This document shows positions 51,585-64,000 of a stretch of DNA of 64,000 nt, in pieces. The first letter of the stretch is position 1. Every line of letters begins with the position of its first letter. The notes beneath the pieces are model-generated. The model saw only the letters and a program-made list of their open reading frames with translations, was not told where the DNA came from and did no database searches. A program made the translations under genes and the position numbers. This DNA is from Adineta vaga. Lineage: Eukaryota; Animalia; Rotifera. Location: assembly GCA_021613535.1 (NCBI GenBank), contig CP075497.1:11098001-11162000 (forward strand), given 5' to 3'.

Positions 51585-51598
51585 GTTACCATAGAATC
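51585..51598. promoter_or_regulatory. RFX X-box-like motif GTTACCATAGAATC in the DNAAF6/MTCH2 divergent promoter
   Basis: One mismatch to GTYNCY-AT-RGNAAC, about 70 bp upstream of the ATG of a motile-cilia gene. Confidence 0.55.
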
Positions 51599-51839
51599 AT
51601 ATAGATGTCGCTCATATCTAATATATTTTTTTCAATGAATTGAAATTTTTAAATCAAATATTTTTTTCTCTAAATAAACTTAGAATATTTTCTCGAAGGA
51701 AAGTTATTTCTTTGAAATTAACTTAAATATTTCCCAAACAATACAAAATAAACAAATAAACATATAGCAATAGCAAAATATAATACTCTACTGTCTATTA
51801 TCTACTCATACAAATTTCCAATTCATCGAATCACCAAAT

Positions 51840-53592
51840 ATGGATGAGACATCTTCATCTGAAACAGTCCCAACAATCGATGTAGATGATCTATCTTCTC
51901 TTGAAATCTTCAATTAAATCTCATTCTTTTAGGAGGATCCATTAGTTGAGGAAGATCGTCAACCTCGAACGGAAGAAGCCGAAGTTCTAAACCCAACATC
52001 CACTCCAATCGTTCAAACAATCGAACGAATTATTACACCTATTCAACCACCAGTCACACAAACAACGGAACGTATTGTAACACCAATTCAACCACCTGTA
52101 CAACCTGGTTCATCTGTTCGACAACAACCACAAGGTGGATTTACTTCGACACCTAATTCGGCAAATCCAACATTTACAGTTTTAAAAGCAACAACAATTC
52201 AACATGCTCTTGGTCATCCATTAGCATATGCACGTGTTTTGATGCAAGTAAGATAAATTGAAAAGAAGTACTAAGTTATTTCTTAAACATTTGTTCAATT
52301 ATTAATTAGTTGGGATATGAACCATTACCAGCATACCGAGCAACAAGTTTATTTGGCAAAGAAACTCTTTATTATCCAAATATATTTCGTTATCGTTAGT
52401 GTTGTTTTTATTTATTTGAATTCATTGTTTATTTATATATCAATTTAGTTCAATTTATTTATAAAACCGATGGTTTTCTTGGATTATATCGTGGATTTGG
52501 TTGCTCACTTTTATCAAAAGTCGTTTCTTGGTACACAACAACTAAAGTTGATGAAGTAAATTATGATAATACTGAGTCTAATTTTGAATTTATTTCCTTT
52601 TAAATAAAAGCTTCTTGGTCCTGTTGAACCACAAGTACCTGGTAGTCAAGTCAAACCCACATGGAATAAATGTACACAGAAAGTATGTGATACAATTGAA
52701 TGATGTTTATTCGATGAATTGTCTTTATTTTGTATAGATCTTACGAGAAGTTCGATGTCAATCATGGGGAATTTTAGTTTCACATCCATTTCAAGGTAAT
52801 TTCAGATGACATTTTTCCTTTTACAAAAGAAATATTATTTTCTTTTTTGATGAGTAGTTATGGCTGTTCGATGTATGGGTCAATTTGTTGGTCGAGAACA
52901 AGCATATTCATCAATTAATATCTTTCAAAATTTCAGAGAAATTTATGATCGTCAAGGAATTGGTGGATTCTTTGTGTATGTAAAACTCTTTGTTCGTAGA
53001 AGATATATTTTTATATTTTACAATTAATAGTGGACTTATTCCTCGATGGTTATTGGAAGTTTCAACAATTGTTCTCACAAATGTTATTATTCATTTACTT
53101 AAAACACAATTACCATTACAAAATGATATGGTTTCTGTATATGAATACATTGCTGCTGTAAGTGATACGAAGGACAAGAATTTCAATAAGATATCATCAT
53201 GCTTTGCTTTAATTCTTCTCTATGAAATCTCTAATAGAAGATATTTGTCTTAGTTTCAAATCTGAAGAAAGAAAGAATTGTTTTTTTCTTTTCTTTAGTT
53301 TGTAGCACAAACAGTAACTTATCCATTGAGTGTTGTAACAACTGTAACAGCAATGAATCGCAGTGGACTTAAAATTGGCATGTTACCTCGTGCACCAATT
53401 TATGCCAATTGGCAAGAAGCATATACTCTTTTAGGCAAAACAGTATGTGAACTCATCATTTCGATTCATTTTAATAAAATCATTCATTCGTGTTTTTAGG
53501 AACAATTAAAACGTGGTTCTGGTTTATTTAATCGTGCTGCTTTGGGTACTTCTGGTTTTCCAGCACCAGGCACACCCATACCAAATGCTTGA
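51840..53592 (+). CDS. MTCH2: Mitochondrial carrier homolog (MTCH), multi-exon
   Basis: HPLAYARVLMQLGYEPLP, SLFG...PNIFRY, DGFLGLYRG, SHPFQ, VRCMGQFVGRE, GFF.GLIPRWLLE, TYPLSVV and QLKRGS. Confidence 0.9.
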
Positions 53593-54652
53593 AAACAACA
53601 GTAGACTTTCCTTCCCGTCCTTCTCATTATTTTTTTTTAATAAAATTAGACTTTTGTAAGATCGAACTATGTATTAATAATTAGGTAATAGTTACACATT
53701 TTCCCCTGATCTATTCTCTTTCAATCCTGACGTTTTTTTTTCTTCGATCATAACTTATCTGTCTTTCTTTCATTTATCTTCGATTCTTTAGAAAATAAAA
53801 ACGAGAATTAAGATCAACTAATCTTAAAATGTAAACTATCTAAAGCATGACTATGAAAAAGAAAAGAGAGGAAAAGAAATGGTGCTATCAAGGTCAAACA
53901 ACATGAATGTATAGAGAACGAAGAGAAAAATGACCGATCATGATCGAAATTTTTCTTCTCTTCGCTCCTTTTGTTTATTCATATCTCTCCAAGATATACA
54001 ACTGTACGAACACGACACGAATTCAACTAGCTCGAACAAAAAACAAAACAAATCTTAATTTACTAATCATATACGTAAGTAACGACGAAAATACAGATCG
54101 AATCTAATATTTGATCTAGTCACATGCATTTATTTTCACCAGAATCATATTTATTCTCGTTCTGTACATATAATGAAGCATTAAATGTATGGCGTGATGT
54201 TTTCTTACCAATTCTCATACGTTGATATTTTCATTTTTTTCCCTCATTTCTGTATAGAAATAGTTTCACATGAATGTATCCACAAATTTCCTTTCGTTTT
54301 TCTATCAATGAATCAGAAATGAGAGAATATAGGTTATTCGCTCTACGTTAAGGTAATAAGTTATGAATGATTCACAACGAACATGCGTTTTATTACGAGA
54401 GTATCGTGTTAATCGAAGAATAACTTTTGAATTGTCTTATCTTTTGATTTCAAATTTGGAAATTATCACACCCACATATCTTTTATCGTCTATCATCTGG
54501 ATTTTTTAACGAAGAAATATTTATACGTGAGAGAATATCGAAGAATTTCTCGACATTCCATCTTCAGTATAAAAACGAAATACAATCCAGCAGAAAATCA
54601 TTCTTTTGATTATTTCATCATAGATTCGAAGAAAAACGATTCTGCTCATACC

Positions 54653-57568
54653 ATGAAAGATTCATCAATCAAACGAACGAATCGAATTCAAATGCGAATG
54701 AATTCATTTCAAGAAATGTCCAATACTCGATGGAAACAATTTTCCAATATCTATGCAAATCTTCTCTTACATTTTCCTTGGTCAATTCTCGTTCTAAGTT
54801 TATTGATTACAATTGGATTAACAAGTTGTTTTCTATTTCTTTTTCAAATACGTCCATTTGATCAAAATGATTTTCTCATACCACAGAGTACAGCTAGAAG
54901 AAATGCTTTACATATTCAAAGTATTTTCGGTAATGATACAGAATTACGTATGCATCAACAATTGAATCTCTATCCTGGATTGGATATTATTATGAAAAGA
55001 AAGTTAGTTATAAAAGATGGAAATTGGAATCAAACCAATATGCTTCGACATGATATTCTTCAAGAGGTAAGAAGCAAATTTTTTATACTATAAAGAAGAA
55101 ATTTCATGTTTGTTAATGTTTAGATTCATGAATTGAATAGACAAGTTCAATCAATTCGAATAAGTAATGAAAATCATTCGAAAGAATATAACTATTCATC
55201 CTTATGTACAAAAATAAATGGTGCATGTATTATCGATGGAAATTATATCTTAACAGAAAAATTTCGTCAAGATTTATCACATTTACTTCCACCCAAATCT
55301 GGATATTATTTCGATGCATCAGGTGCAAATGGAATTCCTGAATTTATGTTTGGAAAAAACTATCATGTGACAAATTCAATACCAACAACAGTGGATTATG
55401 ATGAAGATGAATATAATGAACATAACAATTCACAATCAACAATTGAAACAACTTCGGAGAAGATCATTTCTTATGTACCAGTTTTTCGTCTTCGTTATAC
55501 ATTGAATACATCAACGGCAGAAATGCGTCAATTAGCCATGCGTTGGGAACGTGAAGCATTACATTATCTCAATAATGAATATCAATCTTTATTAATTGAG
55601 GTACTTCCATCAACATCAAAAGCTATTACAGATACAATTGTTCAACGAGCACATGAAGAAGGATTATATATGAGCATTATGATCGTAATTTTTCTAATTC
55701 TTGTTTGTTTTTTCATAACAATTCAAGGAAATTTGCATACTTCAGTTGGTTATCTATCTCTTTGTGGAATTCTTAGTTTTGCTCTTTCAACTGGAGCAAC
55801 ATTTGGTATATTAGCCATTTGTCAAATACAAATTATTGAACCAATGGCTCTACTAGTTTTCATTGTTGCAAGTAAGTTTCGTATTCTTGACCAAATTCTC
55901 ATACATTCAAATCTTCATATCTTAGTTATCGATTGTATGCGTATTTCAATTGTATGTGGTGAATATCATCGTTTAATTAAAGATTATTTAAGAACTCTTA
56001 CAGCTCCATCATCTGAAATTGATCTTAGTAAAATTCTTCCATCAATTATTGAATCAACTCATCCGTATTTTATGATTTCAACGTTGATTATTACTCTTGT
56101 CTATTCCATATTATCACTTCTTTCACCAATGATAACAACTTTACTTATTTGTTTAACATTAGTCTTATATATATTCGTGAATTATCTTGTTCATGCCACA
56201 TTTTTTTCTTCATGTTTAGTTATTACATTAAAACGTGTTGCATCACGTCGTCATTGTTTATTTTGTTTTCGTTTATCAAATGATTATCATACAAAATCAA
56301 AGAAACAATGTACAAAATTTCGTTTATTGAAAGAAAAAATTTCATCATTATTCATTAAAGATTCGATTCTAAAGAAATTCTTTTCTGCTATTCTATGTTT
56401 AATCTTGATTATATCAATTATATCAAGTATATGGTTTTGTCTTTCAATTGATACACGTTTATTTGATGATAAATTTCTTCCACGTGAATCAACTTCATTA
56501 AGATCATATATGAAATCACAAATAGATGATTTTAATATTGGTCCTGTTGTTATGTTTGTTATACCTGAAACAATCAATTATGAAGATGAACATGCCAAAT
56601 CTATGATCAATTCGTTACTTAAACAATGTCAAAATGAACTACGAACAAATAATTTTAAATTATTATGGTTAGATCATGAAAATGTCAGTTATGTTATAAA
56701 TGGAAAAGAATCATTAGAATATCGTATAACACCTTTTTCACAAAATGATTTAATTCTATTCGATCAAGGAAATCATTCAGTTATAACTGCATCACGATTC
56801 TATTGTCAATTGATATCGATTAAAGGTAAAATTAAACAATTAATTCTTCAAATTTCTTTTGATTATTTTTCTTCTTCAGGTGATCGTGAAGATATTCGAA
56901 CAATGAATAATATTTATACTTTTGCTGATCAAAGTTCAATTCCATCAGTATTTCCCTACAGTTTACTCTTTTCAACTTATGAAGCATTAGAACAAATACG
57001 TATTGAAATGTATCTACTAATTCTTCTCTTAATTATCTGTACTTTTATTAGTACATTTATTCTATTTCTTTCATTTCAAGTTAGTCTTTTCATTCTTGCT
57101 CATATTCTCGCTCTATTAACAGGTACATTAACTTGTTTATATTTATTTCATAATTTAACATTTAATTTTGCTAATATTCTTTGGTTATTCGTTGTATCAA
57201 TTCTATTTCTTGATACATTAATTCATTCATGTTATAAACCATTGAATTCTAAATGGAAATACAATCGTATTCTATTATCATTAGTATTATCTTTATTGAT
57301 TTTATATTTCATTCCGATTCAAGCTTATGTTTTTCAAACGATAAGAAATTCGTTGATTTATCAATCGATTATATGTTTCATTTTGATTAATGTTATTCTT
57401 CCATCATGTAATTATTTATTTCAATCACTCAATCGAAATGATGAACAAATGCAAAAGATTCAACAACCAATGATAACAATTATTGATGGAAATCAATCGT
57501 TAACAAATGGAATGGAAATTAAAACTGATATTTATGAAATACATACAGATCGAAAGAGTTCGATTTAA
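54653..57568 (+). CDS. Divergent Patched-related (PTCHD/Ptr, RND-fold) membrane protein
   Basis: TM1 with PW, luminal YNYSSLC...C, WE motif, SSD-like TM2-6, RRHCLFC, second luminal domain (GPVVMFV, TASRF) and C-terminal TMs. Introns at 55067-55123, 55872-55925 and 56826-56879. Confidence 0.8.
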
Positions 57569-58072
57569 ATATGAAAAACAACAACAGCAAACGATCAGGT
57601 CATTGAATGTATGCGTGTGTGAATTATATGAAAACGTTTTCATATATACATGTTGTTCCTAGTTAGATTTAGTAAGCGTTAATTGTTCAGTTTGTTTGTT
57701 TTTTGAAAAGAGAAATACTTTTTGTCATGTGTTTTGTTTTTCTTGTTGAAAAGATAATGAAAAAATAGAATTGATTTCTTAGCTGATTCGGTTCTTGAAA
57801 CGTGTCTAGGTATTATATAGAAGAAAAAAAACGATCGAATAACGGAAGGCTGACTTTCTTGAATGTAATAAAATATATTAATAACATTCGGGGAAAGAAA
57901 GAAACTTTGCTTTGAATTAATAGTTTCCAAAAATGAATTTAATTGAAGGTATCATTGAAAAATCATGCTTTAGATTTCCGCTTTTTCTCGGATAGATCAT
58001 ATAATCTATGTCTAATGATGTTAACTCGTCTGAAGATATAAAACTTCAGTTTTCTTTTTCATTTATTGGACA

Positions 58073-59101
58073 ATGTCGTCGGCAATAGTTGCATCATTTG
58101 ATTATGCGACACAACAATTGGCAATATATACGAATTTTTTCAATATAATCATCGGTATTCCCGGTGGACTGTTGAATATCATTGTTTTTCTCAGTTTAAA
58201 AACTTTTCGAGAGAGTACATGTTCATTTTATTTAATCATTCTTTCATTTTTCAACATTGGACAATTAGTAACTGGATCATTAACACGACTTCTGATCTCT
58301 GGTTATGGAGTCGATCTAACAACTCAATCAAGATTTTATTGCAAATTTCGAATTTATCTTTTTCAAGCATTTTCTTTGATTACATTAACATGTTTATGTT
58401 TAGCAACAATGGATCAATACTTTGCAACATGTACACGTATTCATTGGCAACAATGGAGTAATATTAAGTTAGTTCGAATTCTTAGCTTTATAGCCATTGT
58501 CTTTTGGTCAATTTTTGCCATTATTTATCCATTTTTTTATGATATAATTATCTCAACAAATGGAAATAAAACAACATGCACAAATACGAATTATATATTC
58601 CAACGTTATAATAGTTATTTTCATCAAAATATTATGCAAGGTTTCTTACCGAACTGTTTAACAGCATTATTTGCAATTTTAGCACATCGAAATTTGAAGA
58701 ATCTTGCTTATCGTACAGTTCCACTTGTTCGACGTGAATTAGACAAACAATTAACAACAATGTTACTTGTACAAGTTGTCGTCAATTCCTTTTCTCTACT
58801 CTGTTATAACGTTGTCGGTATAGTTACACTAGAAATCTCAGCCATTACGGATTCAATTGTCTTAGCTAAAATACGATTTGTACAAGTTTTAAGTTATTCA
58901 TTATATTATTTTTATCCTGCAGTAAGTCACATCATCTATATTAATTGATTATTTTCTTCTCTGTTTTAGTGTCCATTCTATATTTATATTTGTGTATCAA
59001 ATCGATTTCGACGACAATTAGGTTATGTTTTTATTGAAAAATACTTTAATCATTGTCCAAAATTACGATTGGTCGGTAATGAAGTCGTTCCACAAATCTA
59101 A
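58073..59101 (+). CDS. Orphan 7TM receptor G6
   Basis: Family motifs and conserved TM7 intron. Confidence 0.9.
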
Positions 59102-59285
59102 ATCAATTGAAAATAAATCAAATTGATCCTTTGAGATTAATTATTTTTTTCTTCTTCGTGATGAGAAATCTCATTCATTTTTGATGACAATTAATAAATC
59201 ATGAAAACTTCTTTTAATTTGATTGTAATAAGATGAAATATAATAAAAGTAAATTTGAGAGAAAAGAAATTAAATTCATTTGACA

Positions 59286-60327
59286 ATGTCTTCATCGAAT
59301 ACTTCATCTTATTCATATGCTGCACGGCAAGTAACTATTTATTTAGGCATTCCAACATTACTCGGCGGGTTATTTGGTGAAATAATGAATATTCTAGTTT
59401 TTTTAAGTTTAAAAACTTTTCGAGAAAATTCTTGTGCTTTTTATCTAACAATTATGTCATTTGTTAATATTGGTCAATTATTAACAAGTTTACTTTTTCA
59501 ATTAATGATAAGAGGATTTTATATTGATTGGACTCAAACATCGGTTTTCTATTGTAAATTTCGTATATTTATTCTTCAATTTTGTACATGTATGTCATGT
59601 ACATGTATGTGTTTAGCAACAATTGATCAATTTTTTGCCACATGTTATACACAATTCTGGCGACAATTAAGTAATATTAAATTAGCACGAATTTTAACGT
59701 CGATTTATTTTCTTATCTGGATATCACATGGTATTCCCTATTTATTATACCTTGATATCATTGAATTACCACCATCAAATGAACCTACATGTACTATTAT
59801 CAATCAAACTTTTACATTGTATTTTCATTATGGTTTTATAGTAATTCTGGTAGGATTTTTACCAGTAGTGATTACAATTATATTTGGCTCTTTGGCTTAT
59901 CGTAATGTACAAAATTCTATTTATCAAGTTGTACCATTAATTCGACGTGAATTAGATAAACAATTAACTAGTATGGTTCTTGTTGAAATTGTTTTCAATT
60001 GTATTACAACAGTTCCATATACAATTCTCTATATAATTATGCGTGATCCAAAAATAACAAAAGATCCAATTGTATATTCACGACTACAATTAGTTTCAGC
60101 AATATTTTATAGTTCATACTTTTTACATTATGCCGTAAGTGATAATTTCGAAAGAAAGAATTGATTAGATTTTTGACTTGATTGTCTCCTTTTCTTTTCA
60201 GACTCCATTTTATATTTATGTTTGTGTTTCGGAACGATTTCGTCGACAATTGATCTATGTTGTTTTTGAAATCCATATGAATCGTTGGCGTCGACCAACC
60301 TTACCGATCAATCACGTATCACCTTAA
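59286..60327 (+). CDS. Orphan 7TM receptor G7
   Basis: Family motifs and conserved TM7 intron. Confidence 0.9.
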
Positions 60328-60545
60328 TTCAAACAATAAATGTATCTCATGTCTTTATCTTTTTCTTTACTAAATAAATCATTTCAATTAATATCAAGAA
60401 TGAATTTGAATGACAATGAGCTGAATATAATGAGGTTAAGCTTTTCTATTGCATGTTGATATATCGTGATGCAAATGGAATCATCTATTCATAAATGATA
60501 GTTAGAAGTTTAAAATAAGGTGAAAAATAGGTTACTCGTTTTCGT

Positions 60546-61582
60546 ATGGCATCTATTGAAGTACTTAATAATATTTCCTTATATTTTTCGATTTATATTG
60601 GTCTTTCTATTCTTATTGCTGGTGTGATTGGTAATTGTTTTAATATTCTTGTTTTTCTTAGTTTGAAAACTTTTCGTCAAAATTCTTGTGCATTCTATTT
60701 AACAATTATGTCATGTCTTAATATTGGTCAATTATTAACAAGTTTACTTCCTCGTATCGTAAATTTATGGTTTACAATTGATTGGACAGTTTTATCATTA
60801 TGTTATTGTAAACTTCGAATTTATCTCTATCAAGTTTGTGCATTAACTTCATTTACATGTATGTGTTTGGCAACAATCGATCAATTTCTTGCAACATGTT
60901 CACATATTCGTTGGCAACGATTTAGCAATATTAAAATAGCTTATCGTCTTATCATTCTCTCTCTTCTCTTTTGGATTCTTCATGGTATTCCATTATTAAT
61001 CTATCAAGATCTTGTTTTAACTTCATCAATAACCAATGATTATACTTGTACATCGATAAATAAACAATATCAATCTTATCTAATGTATGGCTTTAGTTTG
61101 ATTTTAGTTAGTAGTTTACCAATTTTCATAACAACTATATTTGGTTTATTAGCTTATCAAAATGTAAAACAATTATCTCATCGTGCCGTACCACTTGTTC
61201 GACGTGAAACAGATAAACAATTAACAATTATGGTTTTAGTACAAAATACGTTGAATTTCTGTTTTATTTTACCATTTATTATTGTTACTATTCTTAATCT
61301 AACACTTACTTATAATAGAGATTCAATTAATTATGCAAGATTACAATTAGCAAGAAGTATAACAGTCACTTGTTTCTATTTGTATTATGCGGTAAGTCAA
61401 AAATGTAAAGATATCGATTGTTAATCTGATTTTATTTTATTATTTAGAGTTCATTTTATATCTATATATGCGTTTCGGAAAGATATCGTAAACAATTTCT
61501 TCATGTACTCTTTGGAATTTATATAAAACATCGACGACGACCACGAAGAATGACGATCAATCCATTGACACCATTTAATTGA
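60546..61582 (+). CDS. Orphan 7TM receptor G8
   Basis: Family motifs and conserved TM7 intron. Confidence 0.9.
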
Positions 61583-61820
61583 CAATTTTCATTCTATATT
61601 TCATTTATTTATTAAAACCTTGAAAAAAAATTATTCATAAGAAATAAATTCTAAACACGCACATAAAAATCATGAACTTTGAGTACAAAATATTAATTTC
61701 AACGTAATATCTTCATCCTAATCAAATATTATTATCCATAATTTCCTTTTTCTCTTTCATAAGTATAAATAACAATCCTTTCACCTTTTTCCCAACAAAC
61801 GGAATACTTTTTTTTTAATA

Positions 61821-62855
61821 ATGTCAACATCAATTCTACCAGCACTTATTTACGCCACTCAACAGATCAATATCTATCTACGTTCTATTATATTTCTATG
61901 TGGTGTAACAAGTAATATTCTCAATATAATTGTTTTTCTAAGTCTTGAAACTTTTCGTGAAAGTTCCTGTGCATTTTATTTAACAACAATGTCATTTGTT
62001 AATCTGATTCAAATGTTTTTTGGTTTATTTACACGAACATTAAATGTAGCTTTTGGTATCGATTGGTCAATCAATTCCTTAGCTTATTGTAAACTTCGAT
62101 CTTACTTTTTTCAAGTCTGTTCAGCTTTATCTTATACTTGTATGACATTAGCAACAATTGATCAATATTTAGCAACATGTTCAAATCCATTGTGGCAACG
62201 ATATAGTAATATTAAATTAGCACGATGGTTATTTTTAATATTTACAATTATTTGGATGTTACATGGCATTCCAGTCTTATATTTCTATGATCATCGTGTA
62301 GCAAATACAACAAATCAAACGATTTGTACAATAACAAATGGAACATTTCAAAAATATTTTAGTTATTTTAATTTACTTATTTTACTTTGTTCTATGCCAA
62401 TTTTTATTACGATTTTATTCGGAATTTTAGCTTATCGAAATGTTCAACATTTAACCTATCGAGCTGTTCCACTTGTTCGACGTGAGACAGACAAACAATT
62501 GACAATTATGGTCTTAATTCAAGATGTTTATAATTTATTTTTTCTTCTACCTTACATTATTGTTTATGCAATACAATTGAACTTAAGTATCGATGTTGAT
62601 TCGATTTATGCTGCACAAATCGAACTTGCTTCAGCTATTACAAGTGCTTTCTATTATATACCATTTTCTGTAAGTATTCATTTGATGAATGTATATGAAC
62701 ATTGACTGCAATAATAATGATCTATTTAGAGTGCATTTTATATTTATGTATGTGTATCGGAACGATTTCGACGACAATTCCTTTATGTACTTTTCAAGAT
62801 TCATATTAATCGATGTCGAAAAGATTTAGCAAGAAATCAAATCTTACCTGATTGA
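61821..62855 (+). CDS. Orphan 7TM receptor G9
   Basis: Family motifs and conserved TM7 intron. Confidence 0.9.
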
Positions 62856-63726
62856 TGAAAGATATGAATTAAAACTTGAAATTATCTCTGCTTATTCTTT
62901 TTTGCTTTTTTAAATAAATGAACTAGATTTATCGACAGTAGTCTATATCAATCTCAAACGATTGAATATCTCGTGCTTAAGAAGGTATATTCTATAAGAT
63001 ACATGATTCTCAACAGAGACGTATGTAAATTAAATTGCGACATAGACTCGTTGAACTTCAAAAATGCCTTTTAAAGTGTAGGATTAAAATAGTACGAGAA
63101 AAGTAGTCATGTGATAAGTGATCATCAACTCGAATTTACCTTGTACACGAAAAGTAATCTTCTCTTACTTTAGTTCTATAATTAATATTACATTATCAAA
63201 AAAGTCGACTGTAAAAAACTTTGTCTTGCCATTGCTTAGATCTTTCTATTTATTCTCGAAATGAAAGAATATATCTGGCTAAAAGGTCATATATATACAT
63301 CCGTCACAATATCGCTCGATTAGAACTCTAACAAAAAGAGCATGGCTGGCAATCTGTTGAAGTCTAGATAAAAAAAAAACAGAATTGTCTTTCACAGATT
63401 TTTATCTAATTGAAAATGACAAACGAAAAAGATGGATATCAAGAAAATAGACTTAAAATAATGTCATAAAATGAGACAATGTAATATGTTATCTCTAAAC
63501 GAGTTTAAAATGCAATTAACCATTGAAATATTTTAAGTGAATATCACTTGATGTCAAATTCATTTTCTAACATAAACATGTCTTTTTACCACTATATTGA
63601 CAATTAACGTCTCATGCCTACGCCCACATCTCCATATATCTGCGTATATATATATATATAAACACAAAGACAAGCATTCTATATTCTCTTACATACAGAC
63701 ATACAGGCGTTCTAACGATTAGTATC

Positions 63727-64000
63727 ATGCATATTTATCACTATTGCTTATGCCTTTTGGCGTTCGTTATTGTCATGATCAAGTATGTTCATTTGATTGA
63801 AAAATAATATATATTCTTCTTGTTTAAATTTCTTAATTTAGCTCAAGATATATCGATCGATCCTTTGATAATGATCAAGAAGATGATGATTTTTATTTCC
63901 CAAGTAGTTATTATTTAAATCGTGCTTCTCGATCTTATGCTTTGGAACGATATTTACGCAATATGATCGCTCACGATAATGAAAAAGAAGATGATGCTGC
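63727..64000 (+). CDS. 5' part of a secreted prepropeptide (neuropeptide-precursor-like), truncated by the window end
   Basis: MHIYHYCLCLLAFVIVMINS signal peptide, phase-2 intron 63783-63841, then acidic RYIDRSFDNDQEDDDF...RASRSYALERYLRN, open to the window end. Confidence 0.6.

Overview
This is AT-rich, gene-dense animal genomic DNA with very short (~50-70 bp) GT-AG introns. The intron sizes, the tandem 'LSLKTFR/TIDQF' GPCR expansion and the B-box-SPRY gene point to a bdelloid rotifer (inference only). I reconstructed about 26 genes by hand: a gamma-glutamyltranspeptidase, ACOX3, TMEM181, two Pro/Val-rich genes nested in TMEM181, an unknown disordered protein, a Ly6/three-finger protein, PTF1A, a B-box/SPRY protein, MFSD12, a neuronal calcium sensor, nine related orphan GPCRs in two clusters, a pepsin-family protease, a luqin/RYamide-like receptor, an LRR gene, DNAAF6, MTCH2, a Patched-related gene and a truncated secreted prepropeptide. 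The strongest novelty candidate is a 6.4 kb TMEM181 intron (8497-14909), about 100 times the local intron size. It holds a head-to-head pair of signal-peptide-less genes, one on the host strand, that share an ungapped 47-aa domain. The larger gene encodes a 956-aa Gly-rich, (VPVPQPCP)n and (CCPPPPM)9 protein, a candidate intracellular integument/lamina structural component. Other highlights are cassette-like mosaicism among three tandem GPCRs, a candidate ciliary operon (DNAAF6 then LRR, 70 bp apart, X-box upstream), a GGT with a mitochondrial-type presequence instead of a membrane anchor, and a MITE-like element. Exon boundaries were read by eye, and family assignments come from recalled motifs, not database searches.
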